Positions 28,579 to 44,126 are shown, counted from the first letter of the stretch. The stretch: 64,000 nucleotides of DNA from Blastocystis sp. ATCC 50177/Nand II (GCA_039096935.1 JBBPEE010000035.1:372001-436000), one strand, 5' to 3'. Numbers and translations: made by a program. Notes: generated by a model not told the origin, from the sequence alone.

Positions 28579-31500
28579 GTCATTGAAAGAGAACGCGTCT
28601 TCACCCAGTTGAATGGAAACAAGCTCAGGCAAGTCTATTCGTTATTCATCACTCGAGCAGCAACTCTCAAGGAAAGCAAATAGGCACTGTTTAAACGAGC
28701 TATGACCGATGAGGAGTGACTTCAACTTGGGCAAACCTATTCGTTAGTCCCCTTCCGTAAGACCACTTCTCAGCTCCAATGAAGCAGAAAAGAAGTTGTA
28801 ACTTGGCTCCTTCAAATCCCCAATCTCAATCACTTCCAAGGAGGGAACACTCTCGATTTCACAACGGGAATAATCAGAGAAAGAGAAACGGCCGATTCTC
28901 AGTTCCCTCACTCTCTGGCAGTCCCTCAGCCTGAAGACTCCTTCATTGCTCAAAAAGCAGCTTGTTCCAATCTGAACTCTCTCCAAGGCGTTCACTCCAA
29001 TCATCTCGAACTCTCTAACATGGGCAAAACACTCATTCCCAATATTCAGCACTCTAAGCTGCGTTAACTGATTAATCTTCAGCTCAGTGATGGAATCGTC
29101 AGAGCAAGAGCCACTGGCAACCACAAGGCTCTCGATTGGTCTATTCAAGGCATTGAACTCCTCAATCGAGTGCACGTTTGGATTGGAGGGATTGGTCACT
29201 TCATTCTGTTGGATCGATACTCCCACATCTGTTCATTACTGAAGAGTGAGAGGAGTACTTGAAATAAACACATAAGACGAATTGAAGAACATCATAGGAA
29301 GAACTGAGTTCTTGAGTGAGGGAATGTCTATTGGTTGTTTCAATGAGCAACACTCACTTTCAAGAGTAATGCGATGAGGCCACTTCGATACACCATAATT
29401 GGCCTTGCTTATACGAAGAGTAGCCAGTTTTGGTAAGTCTAATCATGATCTCCCTTCGTGAGACTCACTTCGCATAGTAAACTCCGTCACTTTCTCATCA
29501 GTATGTAAACCAAAGGCTCTATCACCAATTTCAATGGAAGTCAATTCAGGCAAGTCTATTTCTCATTCTCTCTCTAGCTGATTCACTCTCAAACACTGCA
29601 CGGGAACACTCTTCAAATGCCTTATCACCAAACAGAAGTGATTTCAACGAGGGCATGTCTATTCGTCATTTCCTTCCTTGAGAAACACTCTTCAATTCCA
29701 ATGAAGCGAACCAGAAATTGTAACTCTCTTCATCCAATTCTCCCATTTCAATCACTTCCAAAGAAGGCACATTCTCAATCTCACACACGGAATAATCAGC
29801 GAAGGAATGACGACCCATCTTCAATTCTCTCAATCTCTCACAATTCTTCAAATAGAAATGACGACTTGCGCTATACCTACAATTACTCTTATGCTTTGTG
29901 AAACTACCCATGCCAATCACAACTCTCTCCAATTGACTCAATCTAATCAACTTCACTTCTTTCACATAGGAAAACGAATAATAGCCCACTTCAAACACCT
30001 TTAGACTCGCGAAACGCGTCAAGTCAAGCAAAACGAAATCTGTATCGTTGCAAGCATTGTTGTCGACAATAATCGAATCGAAAGTACCACTGCAATTGCT
30101 CCATTCGATTGAGGAATGAATGGAGGCTTCAGGATTGGATGGATGCAAGTGTTCATGCTTTATCAACTCTCCAACGTCTACGAAACACAGCAAAACACAA
30201 CTGTTACTCTTATACTGCAAATCATGACGATCAATGAATGCTTCGGGGAGAGAGACTCGCGTGAGGGAAGGCATATCTATTCAACAATGCAACAGTGGAA
30301 CAATCACCCTCCAGAATGGCATGATGCGGTAAACAGAATGAAGCACTTTCTTCTTCCGTCGTGAGTGTTGAGAGTCTGGGCAAATCTAGTATTCAACAGG
30401 AACATGATCCATACTTCGCATAATCAAATCGGATGAAGCATTCTGGTTGAATCGGAGCGCATGATTGCCTAGCTGAATGGACTCCAACTCGGGCAAGTCT
30501 ATTCATCATCTCCTTTCTTCACAGTGCACTCTCCAACACGACATGCGAACAACGACCAAATGCACTACCTCCGAAGGAGAGTGATCTCAGTTTGGATAAG
30601 TCTATTCATCACTCTCATCAATGGAAATCACTCTTCAATTCAAATGTGGAAGCAAAGATGAAGTTGTCACTTCTCTCTGCATTCCCCATTTCAATCGCTT
30701 CCAAGAGGGGAGTGTTCTCAATAACATATCGCTCATAATCGCAGAAAGAGTGGTAACCAATCTTCAATTCCCTTACCTTCTCACAGTCCTTCATGTAAAA
30801 GCGACCGCGATACTCCCTGTTGAAAATCTCACATTCATCCTCTTTCTCAGTAAAACAATCCTTTCCGATTACCACTCTCTCCAATTGGTGTAATGATACT
30901 AGACTCACTTTATTCACTCTTTTGAAGGATCCATTACCTACTCTCAACTCACGCAACATGCGCAGGAGAGAATAGTCGATCATTCTCCATTCTTCCCCAT
31001 TGCAGCAATAATCACCAACAATCAGCTCCTCTACCATCGTGTGATACAACACGGAACGATAGTTATCCTTATTGATTAGGATGATCTTCCCATCCTCATG
31101 TGTGTTGTTCAACCATCCCCCTTCGTAAATCACAACACCCGTCCGGTCATATTGCGTTCCTCTTCCCCAGCGCTTTCCTTCATAGATCCCGCCTTCATAT
31201 TCAATCACTCCAGTGTCAGAATAGTAGCTTCTTCCATAACACACATTCACATCGCCAATTCGGAATCCCTCAAACACCAGTCTGTTTTCACTGTCATACA
31301 GCACACCCCAACCATAGGGTTGATTATCCAACACATCGCCTTCCCATCTCTCTCCATCGTCACTCAAATCCAACACCTGAGCATGTTCGATTCCAGTCAC
31401 CTCCTCTCCATTCACTTGCAACAACTCCTTTCTCTTTACGTCCACTTCAACACAGTAACCCTTCGTGGTGCTGATGACTGTGGATGGTAGTTCCATCACT

Positions 31501-32671
31501 CCCTCGTAGTACCAACAGGAACCTTCATGATGATGAACAATAAGAAACTGGCTCTTGTTCGTTTCTTTCAAGCACTTCTTGAAGCGTTGCTGACTCTTAA
31601 AGGCGTTAGCTAGTTGAGCCAACACCTCGGAATAGCCGTCTCTCCTGATTCTCTCCACCGACTCCCTTACGAAGGGATGCTACTCATTAACGTCTCACAC
31701 CACACTCACCTCCATCAACTCACTAACTGAAGATCTCTGTTCCATATTGCTCACCAAACACTTCTCCACAAAGCTCTTTGATTCTTCTGACCATTTACCT
31801 TCGGAGAAGTCGGGTTGAAACCGTTTACGCACACAGTCAATGGTAAGCATACCATCATTAAACAACGGGTTCACCCCTTCAACCATCTCAAGCATGGTCA
31901 TGCCCAGAGACCACACGTCATTCTTCAGTTCCTTGGTCAGTTCCACAACATCAGATGATCTGTAGTATGAAATGTTCCATGTGGGAAAGGAGTGGTAAAG
32001 CAGAGACATCATTCCAAAGCCACCCAACTTGACAACTCCATTGTCACACAGAAAAAGGCTATCCGGTTTGATCAACTACGCATTCACTGCTAGAAACAGA
32101 ACCTACACATTCCAGCTTCTTTCTCTGAAGATAGTCCATTCCCAGCAAGCAGCAACTCACGATCTCACGCAGCTCACACTCGGACATCACATTCCCGTTT
32201 CCTTTGAAGGCATACAACGATTCCTTAACTCGCTGCTCTTGTATGATCTACGGCATTACGATTACACTCAACCACTACCCATAATACGTCTTCCTCCCAA
32301 TATATGTCTGCGTAGTTCATGACATAGGGAGAATTGCATTCTTGCATCAACTGGGCCTTAATGCGATCCTCACCGATTGTCCGTTGATTTAGTATTGTCG
32401 TTGCATTGTAATGAATATCAGTGTCAGAATCAACAACTTCAAAGAACTTCATATGCCCTCTAACGCTCAATCGTTCAGTTAGTGCAATACCCATTTGTGA
32501 GTCCAGCCTGCTTATACACAACCCCTGTGCGATGGAGGTGCATGATTCTTCTGTTCCACTGAAGAGAATACTGAGAATCCCTTCCCAATCACATCTGTCT
32601 CCCAAAAGAGTGTACTCATCATCCTCATCCTTCACAGCAAAAGAACAAGAAGACTGCCCACCCAGGAAGTG

Positions 32672-32812
32672 GAAAAAGAAACTCTCCCAGACGGGGTTGA
32701 ACCGTCGACCTTGCGGTTAACAGCCGCACGCTCTAACCAACTGAGCTATGGAAGACCTGTTTGGGTTTCGTCCCTAGCCTACTTCAAACGCACGTGTGCC
32801 AACAAACACCCC
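32672..32812 (-). repeat. 141-bp inverted repeat arm A (tRNA-Asn, upstream flank, TGTTTGTT)
   Basis: Reverse complement of 36039-36179, one mismatch seen. Confidence 0.9.
32682..32755 (-). tRNA. tRNA-Asn (GTT)
   Basis: TCTTCCA acceptor, TAGCTCAGTTGG A box, CT-GTT-AA loop, GGTTCAACCC B box, T-run terminator. Confidence 0.95.
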
Positions 32813-33500
32813 TCACAGCTTAATCATATTCCTATACTGAATGAACTGCAACAGGCAGCACACAAGCATCACAATCGTTTCAAACACGGAAGAGAGAATC
32901 ACCTTGTTCTTCAGCTTTTGCAGATCTACTTCTCACCACGTCACTCCTCACTCACCCGCCTTATAGTTGTGCTGCTTCTCTCTCGTGTAACGCTGCTCAT
33001 CCTGCATGGCGTAGATTTCAGTAGCAATCGCTTGCAGCTTATCTGCTAAGTTGTCCACATCGCCTACTCCTTATGGCCATTGCGCACGGCTACTGGATGT
33101 CACGTACTCCGTGCGCGGCGCTTTGTTAATGGGCTTCATCTCGTTGCCGATCTGATAACGGAAGGAAATGCCGACTTCGTCCGACTTGGAGGTGGAAAAG
33201 CACATCGTCAAGCGAAGCGGCTTGTCGAACATGAAGTTGAAGTCATCCTCCGCCTTGGAGTTGGATGAATAGAGCTGCTTTCCAGAATTGTCCTTGATCT
33301 ACGAAAACAACAGACAGGAAGACACGTACCGTAACGATCAACCCCTTCGAATCTCCCTTTGTTACCTCGTACGACGCATACAGCTGGTCTCCAATCTTGC
33401 CCTCCTCCCAGATGCACTGCTCCTTACCTGATTTGAGGTTGATTGTTAGTCCCTGAACGCAGATCAAGCAGACTGCCACAAGAACGGCGATTCCTTTCAT
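32813..33500 (-). CDS. p24/emp24/gp25L (TMED) family cargo receptor
   Basis: Signal peptide, GOLD-domain start INLKSGKEQCIWEE, coiled coil, C-terminal TM ending LQFIQYRNMIKL*. Confidence 0.75.
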
Positions 33501-33748
33501 TGCTTGAAGAGATGTCTGATTGAATGCAAAACTGTGGTTGGTGAGTGGCAGTGCATCAGTAGTGTATTGCGTGTGTGAAGAAACGCGATTCACAGTGATC
33601 CACTTCTTATCCCATTTACTACGTCAACAGCCTCCTATGAGTGGTTGCAATATATTGGTTCATTTTGAAAGCAAATGAAGTGCTGAGAAAACCAAACAGT
33701 GAAAAAGAGGGCAAACAACCATTCATTCCTTTCTCTTCTCCGAACAGA

Positions 33749-36030
<2,282 letters not shown>

Positions 36031-36038
36031 CGTCATTT

Positions 36039-36179
36039 GGGGTGTTTGTTGGCACACGTGCGTTTGAAGTAGGCTAGGGACGAAACCAAAACAGGTCTTC
36101 CATAGCTCAGTTGGTTAGAGCGTGCGGCTGTTAACCGCAAGGTCGACGGTTCAACCCCGTCTGGGAGAGTTTCTTTTTC
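36039..36179 (+). repeat. 141-bp inverted repeat arm B
   Basis: Reverse complement of 32672-32812. Confidence 0.9.
36096..36169 (+). tRNA. tRNA-Asn (GTT)
   Basis: Identical inverted copy of 32682-32755; followed by TTTCTTTTT. Confidence 0.95.
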
Positions 36180-36189
36180 ACTGATTCAG

Positions 36190-36952
36190 ATGAAAGGACT
36201 GAGGCTTCTTCTTTTATTTGGTTTCGTACTTGCCAGTGCGTCGGCAGGAATTGGGGACTTGTCGTTGCGGAATAGCTCGCACATCAGCGACAAGCAGTCC
36301 ATTCCCCGTTCTCTCACGGCGTTGAATGTTTCTCGTGCTTACCATTCAATAACGTCATGCGTAGTATGTGGTTTCTACAGCAGTGATTGTCAGTATAGAA
36401 AGGGCTGCTTGTTCTCTTCTCTTTATTGATGACTAGACAAGCGTAGTTCCTTTCACATTGCAGGATGGCGATATGCACAGCCGTCTTCGATTGTCCAAGT
36501 GGAAGAGGATTTTGCATCATCGTCGTGCTCTGAGCATGACCTCAACGCAGTGTATCGACTGCTGTATACTATTGTTGAAGTGGATGGCTTCTTCGTGCGC
36601 GTGCAGTTGGATCGAGTGCTCTTCACGTTTTACCCCTCCTACGTCATCCAATCGGGGTGTCAAATCGATCCGAAGAAGGAGTATGATGTGACTGCCGTGC
36701 CTTGCAGCGCTTTTCGACTTGCGACGCTTCGGAAATCCATCGGAACAAACAGCTGGTTATATCATGGAGGGGAGCAAGATTCCTGTTGATGACTACTTTT
36801 GCAAGCGACAGGGTGACGATGGGTGTGCCGATGAGAAGAAGGAGGATGACAATGATACGCACACCAATATCATTGTTGTGATTGTTGTTGTGGTGATTGT
36901 GATTATCGCTATAATCGGCATGATTGCATTATGCATGAACTGTTCGTTGTGA
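36190..36952 (+). CDS. Hypothetical Cys-containing type I membrane/surface protein
   Basis: Signal peptide MKGLRLLLLFGFVLASASA, Cys-rich ectodomain exons, C-terminal TM IIVVIVVVVIVIIAIIGMIAL. Confidence 0.55.
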
Positions 36953-37004
36953 TTGTCCTTTCGGTGTTTGTTTCCTCAAGGCGCACACAAATCCATCTCC
37001 CCGA

Positions 37005-40000
37005 ATGGAAGTGGAATCTGCCGTTCCACAGCCCCTCACGTCTCCAACGCTGGAGTCGTTTGAGGACTACATCTCTGTGTATGTGCGATTTGTCCCGGAA
37101 CGGATAAAGGTGGAGAAACGGCTTTTGGAGATGAAAGAGAACGCGAAACAGAAGCGAGTGAAGAAGGAAATGCCACGCTATCCCGAGCGAGTCTTCTCCT
37201 TCCATTCTCTCTCATGCAATAGACGCACTGGGATTTCATGATGGCGGAAATGAAATGGCTGGCCACCGATTTCTTGGAGGAGCGGAAACGGTTCAGCAAG
37301 CGGCGAAAGGAGGTGAACAAGGCGGTGATGTCGATTTCAAAGATGAAGGAGCAAGCGATGGAGAAGAAGAGGCTTGTTTGGATTGCTTTCCTGGAATGAT
37401 GGGATAGGAACTCGTGAAGGAGCAAAAGACGGTGGCAAAACAAATAAGCACACACGTGGCCATGTATTGGTCGAAGATTGACAAGATCGTTGTGTACAAA
37501 CACAAGGGGTTGCTTCCATCCATGCGGTTGACACCTAGACAACTGTATGAGCGACGCAGCGAGCTAATGGACCGCCACCTGCAGTTCATGCTGAAACAGA
37601 CGGAGGACTACACCAGCCGTCTCTCAAAGCGCATCGTCGCCTCCGACAGCGACGGTGATTTCATCCACCCATCTCTCACATCTAGCGGCGAATGGCGTCC
37701 AGGCGCCCTTCCTGCTCAACCCCGCCTACACGCTGCGCCCGTACCAGCAGAAGGGCCTGGAGTGGCTGGTGTCTCTGTACGAGCAGGGCCTCAGCGGCAT
37801 TCTGGCGGACGAGATGGGCCTGGGCAAAACGCTGCAGACCATCTCGCTGCTGGCGTACCTGGCGGCCACCAAGGGCATCTGGGGCCCGCACCTGATCGTG
37901 GTGCCGACGAGCACGATGCTGAACTGGGAGTGCGAGTTCAAGCGCTTCTGCCCGTCGATGAAGGTGCTGACCTACTACGGCTCCGCGAAGGAGCGGCAGG
38001 TGAGGGCTGTGAGAGGTGCTGAGGGGTAGGAGAAGCGGAAAGGGTGGGGGTCCCCCAACTCCTTCCAAGTGTGCATCACGTCGTACCAGCTGGTGGTGAA
38101 GGACGCGGCGGTGTTCCGGCGGAAGAAGTGGGTGTACATGGTGCTGGACGAGGCGCACAACATCAAGAACTTCCAGTCGGAGCGCTGGCAGGTGCTGCTG
38201 CACTTCAACACCAAGCGGCGGCTGCTGCTGACGGGCACGCCGCTGCAGAACTCGCTGATGGAGTTGTGGTCCCTGATGCACTTCCTGATGCCGGCGCTAT
38301 TTCGCAGCCGCGGCGAGTTCGCCTTCTGGTTCTCGAACCCGCTGAACCAGATGGTGGAGGGCGAGCGGAGCATCAACGCGAAGCTGGTGCACCGTCTCCA
38401 CGAGGTGATGCGACCGTTCATTTTGCGGCGCCTCAAGAGCGAGGTGGAGAAGGAGGTGAGTGTGGCGTGTCGGCGTGAGGCGCAGATGCCCAAGAAGTTC
38501 TTCCACATCATCAGCTGCCCGCTCAGCAAGCGCCAACGCTTCCTGTACGAGGACTACATCGGCCGCCGCAACACGCGCGAGCAGCTGGCCAGCGGCAGCT
38601 TTCTGTCCATGATGGGCGTGCTCATGCAGCTCCGCAAGGTCTGCAACCACCCCGACCTCTTCGAGACGCGGCCAATCTGCACGCCCTTCGTCTGCGACGC
38701 CATCACTCTTCGTCTCCCGCGCGGCATCGACCAGGCTATGGGTGGCGGCGTGCGGGGGCACTTGCTGAATCGCGCCGTGTGGGAGAGCAGTCTGACCGAC
38801 GAGGCGCTGGAGGCGTGCGACTGGCGCCGCCAGCTGCGCGTGTTCCCCGCGGCATGCCGCGATGTGGAGTGTTGTCGTCGCGACGCGCTGTTGGTGCGTG
38901 AGGCGCGGTCCCTGCTGGGGGTAGGTGTGATCATGGGGGTGTGAGAGTCAGACGGGGATGGCGCGCGAGCTCGCACCGACGCCCGCCGCGTTCCTGGCAC
39001 AGGTGCGAGAGCGACAGCGCAGCTTTGCACCGGAGTCGCCGCTGGTGCGCGAGGCGGAGGACGCGGGCTTCAACTACCGCTGCTGCGCGGACGTCGCTAG
39101 TATCTGTTGGCAATTCCTTTCACTCGCAGAGGTGTGGTCCGCCGGTACGCAGCAGGTGGTCCGGACGCTGCGGCGCGGCGAGGTGGAGGAGGTGGTGCTG
39201 ACGCAGCAGGAGCGCGTCGTCCGCCTGGCGCGACGCAACACAGTTGCATTCGTCGCTCCGCAGATCGGCTGCGACGGCGCGCGTCTGCTGCGCGTGTACC
39301 ACGCACCAACGGAGGCCGTGGCGGACGCAACACGCGCGTGGGATGGCTTCACGCACGCGCTGACGGCCGCCGCGCCGTCGTTCTCGGCCTTCTGCGCGCA
39401 GCACGCGTGGCTGGTGGAGCACTTCACGGTGCTGACGCCGCGCGCCAAGCCGATGCACCCCATCGCGCCCTCCACCGGCGCCGCGCCCGTACCCGCGCCC
39501 CTGGCCGAGGCGATGGAGGCGTACTCCGCACTGTGGGTTTCGTCGCCTCTCCTCACTCGCAGACCGGCCATCCACCGCTGGCAGACGCTGCGCGCCGTGC
39601 AGTTCCCCGAGAAGCGTCTGTTGCAATATGACTGCGGCAAGCTGCAGGTGCTGAGCGAGCTGCTGCCGCGCCTGCGCCGCGAGGGCCACCGCTGCCTGCT
39701 GTTCACGCAGATGTCGCGCATGCTGGACATTTTCGAGACGTTTTTGAACATGCACCACTTCTCGTACCTTCGCATGGACGGCTCCACCTCGCTGCCACAG
39801 CGGCAGAAGATGATGGAGAAGTTCAACAACGACGCGCAGGTGTTCATCTTCATCCTCTCCACGCGCAGCGGCGGGCTGGGCATCAACCTGGTGGGCGCCG
39901 ACACGGTCATCTTCTATGACTCCGACTGGAACCCCGCGATGGACGCGCAGGCGCAGGACCGCGCGCACCGCATCGGGCAGACGCGCGACGTGCACATCTA

Positions 40001-40783
40001 CCGGCTGGTGAGCGAGAGCACGGTGGAGGAGAACATCCTGAAGAAGGCAAACCAGAAGCGGCACCTGTCGCAGCTGTCGCTGGAGGAGGGGCGTTTCACC
40101 ACGCAGTCGTTCGTGAAGGAGATCACGATCGCCGACATCATCGGTGCGCAGCCCGAGGAGAACCAGGCGGGTGGGAATGAGTGGCGGGTTTGAGACATAG
40201 AACGCATCAGTCTGAAGGACCTGTCGCACGTGTCGGAGAGCGACGTGCAGAAGGCGATGACGGCCGTGGAGGACGCGATGGACGCGCAGGCGGCGGAGCA
40301 GGCAGCGGCGGAGACCCAGCTGGAGGCGAAGATGGACGCAGAGGAGCCGGACGAGGCTGTTGTGGAGGAGAAGGACGGGTTCGCGAAGTCGCTGGAGCGG
40401 GCGGCGACGGCGACGAAGACGGAGCTGAAGGCGTGGGCGGGAAAGAACTCGGAGAACCTGAAGAAGCTGGAGAAGGCACTGCCGGGCATCCAGCAGCGGT
40501 CGATCCGGTTCAAGGAGGTGTGCGAGCCGATCGCGGAGGTGACGCCCGAGGCGTTGAAGGCGGAGTTGGAGGGGTTGGAGGAGGAGGAGCGGGAATGGGA
40601 GGAGGAGCAGACGGAGGCGATGAAGCAGGCGGAGGAGGAGATCCAGATGAAGGACAACGACCCCACGCTGCTGGAGACGACGGGCGTGGGCTCGGTGGAG
40701 GAGATGAAGAAGATGTACCTGAGCTACAGGAAGGACATTGCGGCGAGGATCCGAAGGGCGGAGGTGACGGGGAAGATTGTGTG
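37005..40783 (+). CDS. SWR1: SWR1/SRCAP/EP400-family chromatin remodelling ATPase
   Basis: HSA-like [38 protein letters not shown], split ATPase insert, [21 protein letters not shown]; stop probably TG+poly(A). Confidence 0.92.
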
Positions 40784-40833
40784 GGGGTGTTTGTTTGCAC
40801 ATTTCTGTTTAGGGAGTGGGCGCTGCGATAGAA

Positions 40834-41726
40834 ATGAGCGTTTCCAGTAACTGGACGTTGAAGAACAACGACAGCCTGCAAGACTGCTTCACGTTGGTGC
40901 ACAATGAGTCTGGAACGTATTCTTCACTCGTTATCGTTGAGATTGTAGTGCAAACATCAAGGATCACGTTCTCTATAAGGAACAATGCGCAGAGTCGTGT
41001 GAATTGCATAGTGAGCGATTTGAATTGGTTTGAGTGTAGTCACATTCGAAAGAGGATGTATTCTCCATTCGCTAAAGTGGATCGTGTCGGCTCGCATATG
41101 CGAAGTGTATGTGACCGAGTTGGAGAAAGCGACCCCTACATACATTGGAACGGTACGAGGGACCATGGAAAACGAAAAGATGAACGTGGAAAACAAAGTG
41201 GTGTCTCTATTCAGCGGGAGCTGCACTCTGAGTCAGCCGCTCCGGTGTTCGGCTGTCCGCATCCGTTGCTTGTCCATAAAGGAGAAAGTGCACCTCTCAG
41301 TCCGATCGGTCGCGTGTGTGGGAACCCTGCTGTGCATCGATCTTCCCGAGGCAAAGAAATCGGCGCAGGAGCAGTACCCGGAGAGATTGATCGTGCCGAA
41401 CCCGATCAAGTTCATTCAGAGCGACTGGGTGATTTGTAGGCCAGAGGATTCGCTCAGTGCCTCCCTGCAAACCACCTTCGCGCAGCAGGTGCTCTTTGAG
41501 GGGAAGATGAATAGCATGGAGGAGCGGTTGGGATTGAAGATGGAGCGACTCATCACTACCCTTACCGCCTCCTTCAGGGCACAGAACGAAGAGATGCAGA
41601 AGCGGATGACTGTACGGGTGGTATTGGAGGGTGTTGCGTAGATGATGGAGGATGTGGTGCTCTCTCTCGTGGACAAGGTGAAATCGCTGGAGAGTGAAGT
41701 GGAGGAGCTGAAGAAGTCACGTGCAT
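40834..41726 (+). CDS. Hypothetical protein with C-terminal coiled coil
   Basis: Spliced ORFs 40816/41030/41642 (SARICEVYV...YIGTVRG); T(41726) followed by 4 nt and TGTTTGTT. Confidence 0.5.
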
Positions 41727-41737
41727 TGCGTGTTTGT

Positions 41738-42762
41738 TCAATAATCAATCGAAGCAAAAGAATCGAGCAATTCCTTCGGAGCGAGGTCCAGCGAATAGGG
41801 CAGGCAGTCGCTCAGGCGCGCTCCCTTCTGTAACTACGGATCACACACAGCAGAGAGGGGAACGAGCAGCGTGGCGATCTCATATTGTTCGCACACAAGC
41901 GCATTGTCCAATGCGGTCATCTCGTCCTGGTCCTTGATATGAACGTCGCATCCATGCTCCAAGAGCTTCTCCACAATGGGCAGGCTGCCACGGTCGCACG
42001 CCCAATGCAGAAGACTAGGGATGAGGGAAAGGCAGAGAACGAACGTTCTTCCGTTGCTGTCCTGCTTGTTGATGTCTTCTGGGTGAGACTCGATGAACTT
42101 CAGCACCTTCTCCTCGTTCTTCTCGCCCATGTAGGTAAACACGTCATTCCCCTCCTTCCAGTCCTCCTCATTGCTACGATCAAAAGAAAATGAGGGAAAT
42201 ACCCCAATTTCATGGTGCTGACCTTCAAACCGAAACCGCTATCAGTTGATGCTACATTTCCCTCTGTGGTTTCCATCTGTTGCACTTCATCCGCCTTCTT
42301 CCAGAGAGGAACCAGTTTTGTCACATAGTCCACATACTTGGATTGCGCCTCTCTTTTTCGTCATCCCTTCAAATCGAATTTACTCCTTCGACAGTCCCTT
42401 ATAAGAAGACCATGATTTCCACTTCGCAGCGCCAACCATGTCGAAACTCGGGCAAGCCGTGTTTACATCTCCCACTGTCGCTTGCTTATAGAGTCCGTAG
42501 AGGGCGAGCTTCTAGAATGAAAAGAGGAATTCACGCAAACAGCAGCCTCGCTCAAACGGCACTTTCCGGAGCGAACGAAAGCGACAGCCATTTCGTATTC
42601 ACTCATGCCCTCCTCGAAAATGTTCTCGCAATTGTCCTCATCCTCAATCACTACACATCAACCAGACTGGCAGAATGGACCCTGCTTCGTTCTTCTCTTC
42701 TCTATGATGGCCTTCAGCATCAAATAGAGCAAAAGGAGAGTCGCAATCCAAGAGGCAATCAT
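41738..42762 (-). CDS. Acyl-CoA-binding protein with N-terminal TM and ankyrin repeats (ACBD6 / plant ACBP1-2-like)
   Basis: MIASWIATLLLLYLML TM exon splices to EYEMAVAFV; DYVTKLV..W; ankyrin LLHWACDRG, DEMTALDNA. Confidence 0.75.
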
Positions 42763-42783
42763 TGTTTGAACAAAGAGAGCAAC

Positions 42784-44027
42784 CTATTTCTGCTCCGAGT
42801 GCAGCTCCTTATCCGCTTCCACAGGGAGATTCCACCTTCTCAGGGTGGAGTCGTCAATCTGCTTGTACCACGCTGGCTGGCCCTTGGGCGGCAAGCGATA
42901 GTCCAGCAGCAGCTCCTCGTTTTCGATCTCCGAAATGCTGATCAGTCCAAGGCTCTATCCATCATCACGCATTTCCACCGCCACTCTCACAAACGAGTTG
43001 GCGATCACGTGGTTGTTCGCCACTTTGTACATAAACTTCTCGGGCGCGACATACCGGTTGGGGATGAGATGCGGGTACATCTGTCCCTCTCTCCGCGTGA
43101 ACTCGAACGGCACCACCATCACGTTCGGCTTGAGCGTGGCGCGCGCGGGGTCGGCGGGGTGGTTCACGAGATGACCCAGAGCCACAGGCGATGTGGGCAC
43201 TAGTGTGAAGGAGAGACGTGGAAACTACCGTAATTGGTGCTGTCGATGATGAGGCCATCATAGCTCCAGTATTTGTAGTCGGATTTGACCTTGGTCAGCG
43301 GCTGGAAGTACTGCGGCTAGGAATAAGTGCGTGTGTCAGGCGTCACGTCCACGATGTGCTGGCGCAGGTAGACGGTGCCAGGGAGGACGGTCTAGGCGTG
43401 AGAGAGGGGCAAGAAGGGAACGAGAAATGTGCCGGGACGGATACGACCGTTCAGGAAAACACCCTACGAATCAGGCTTCTGGTGGAGTGGATACATTGCC
43501 CGCGTGAGGAATGGAGGACTCCTTCACCTCCAGACCCCAATTCATACTCTCCTTCTGCTTTTGTCCCATTAGATTCACCCTATCAAACGCACTCTTCTAT
43601 ACATGAAAACACGAACAGAAAATGACAGTAGCGGCAAGCACCTTGGCATCTAGAGATCCACAAACCTCGTTCACACTCTTTAGGTAGTCGTCCATCTAGT
43701 GATGATACTCAAGTCGAATAGCGCACTTGCTTCTCCATATACGTCTGAATCGTAGATTGCATTTCCCCCACAGGCATTGCAACAATCTCGTCTGCCAAGC
43801 GATCGAAGTCCTCCTTTTTCCTACCGGTGAAACTGGGAAAAAGGCAACACCGATCGTCCTTGTACATTCCGTCACCGAGAGCCTTCACTAGCATTGCCGC
43901 CTTGATGAGGTCGAGTCGCTCCTCTCCGTCAGTCACTTTGAGACAGTCCTACCTGCAATTCGGCCCCGCTCAGCTCGCTCAACTTCCTTCCCGTTCGGCT
44001 GATTTTTCCGATGACAGACTTGAACAT
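42784..44027 (-). CDS. SET-domain protein, SETD9-like
   Basis: SSIPHAGNGVFL, ALGHLVNHP, PNVMVVPFEF, ELLLDYR, PAWY; upstream exons join in frame. Confidence 0.65.
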
Positions 44028-44126
44028 TTCAACCACGACTGGCGGAAAGGGGTTGTGCCAACAATAGAGTGGACTGCGCTTGGAAAAGGGAGTTTGCTCC
44101 ACCAAACAGGACAAAAGACAATTCGA

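Larger units (their letters stand above)
24769..32494 (-). pseudogene. Pseudokinase + MORN-like + LRR-like repeat protein gene, interrupted by a transposon
   Basis: Kinase-like exons (IKPDSLFL, KLGGFG, DVWSLG), MORN-like repeats (WEGDVLDNQPYGWG, YEGGIYEGKRWGRG), many LPxLxxLxIG-type repeat exons; frame continues across the transposon once one TSD copy is removed; start uncertain (32494-32635); could be two adjacent genes. Confidence 0.6.

Noticed and set aside
24700..32680. tRNA-targeted integrative island
   Set aside because: No integrase and no duplicated tRNA 3' end visible at the far boundary; the gene has host-type introns
43465..43495. Possible U12-type introns (GTATCCAC donor here on minus; GTATCTTT at about 46000 in MVD)
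   Set aside because: Donors only partly match GTATCCTT and no CCTTAAC-like branch point is evident
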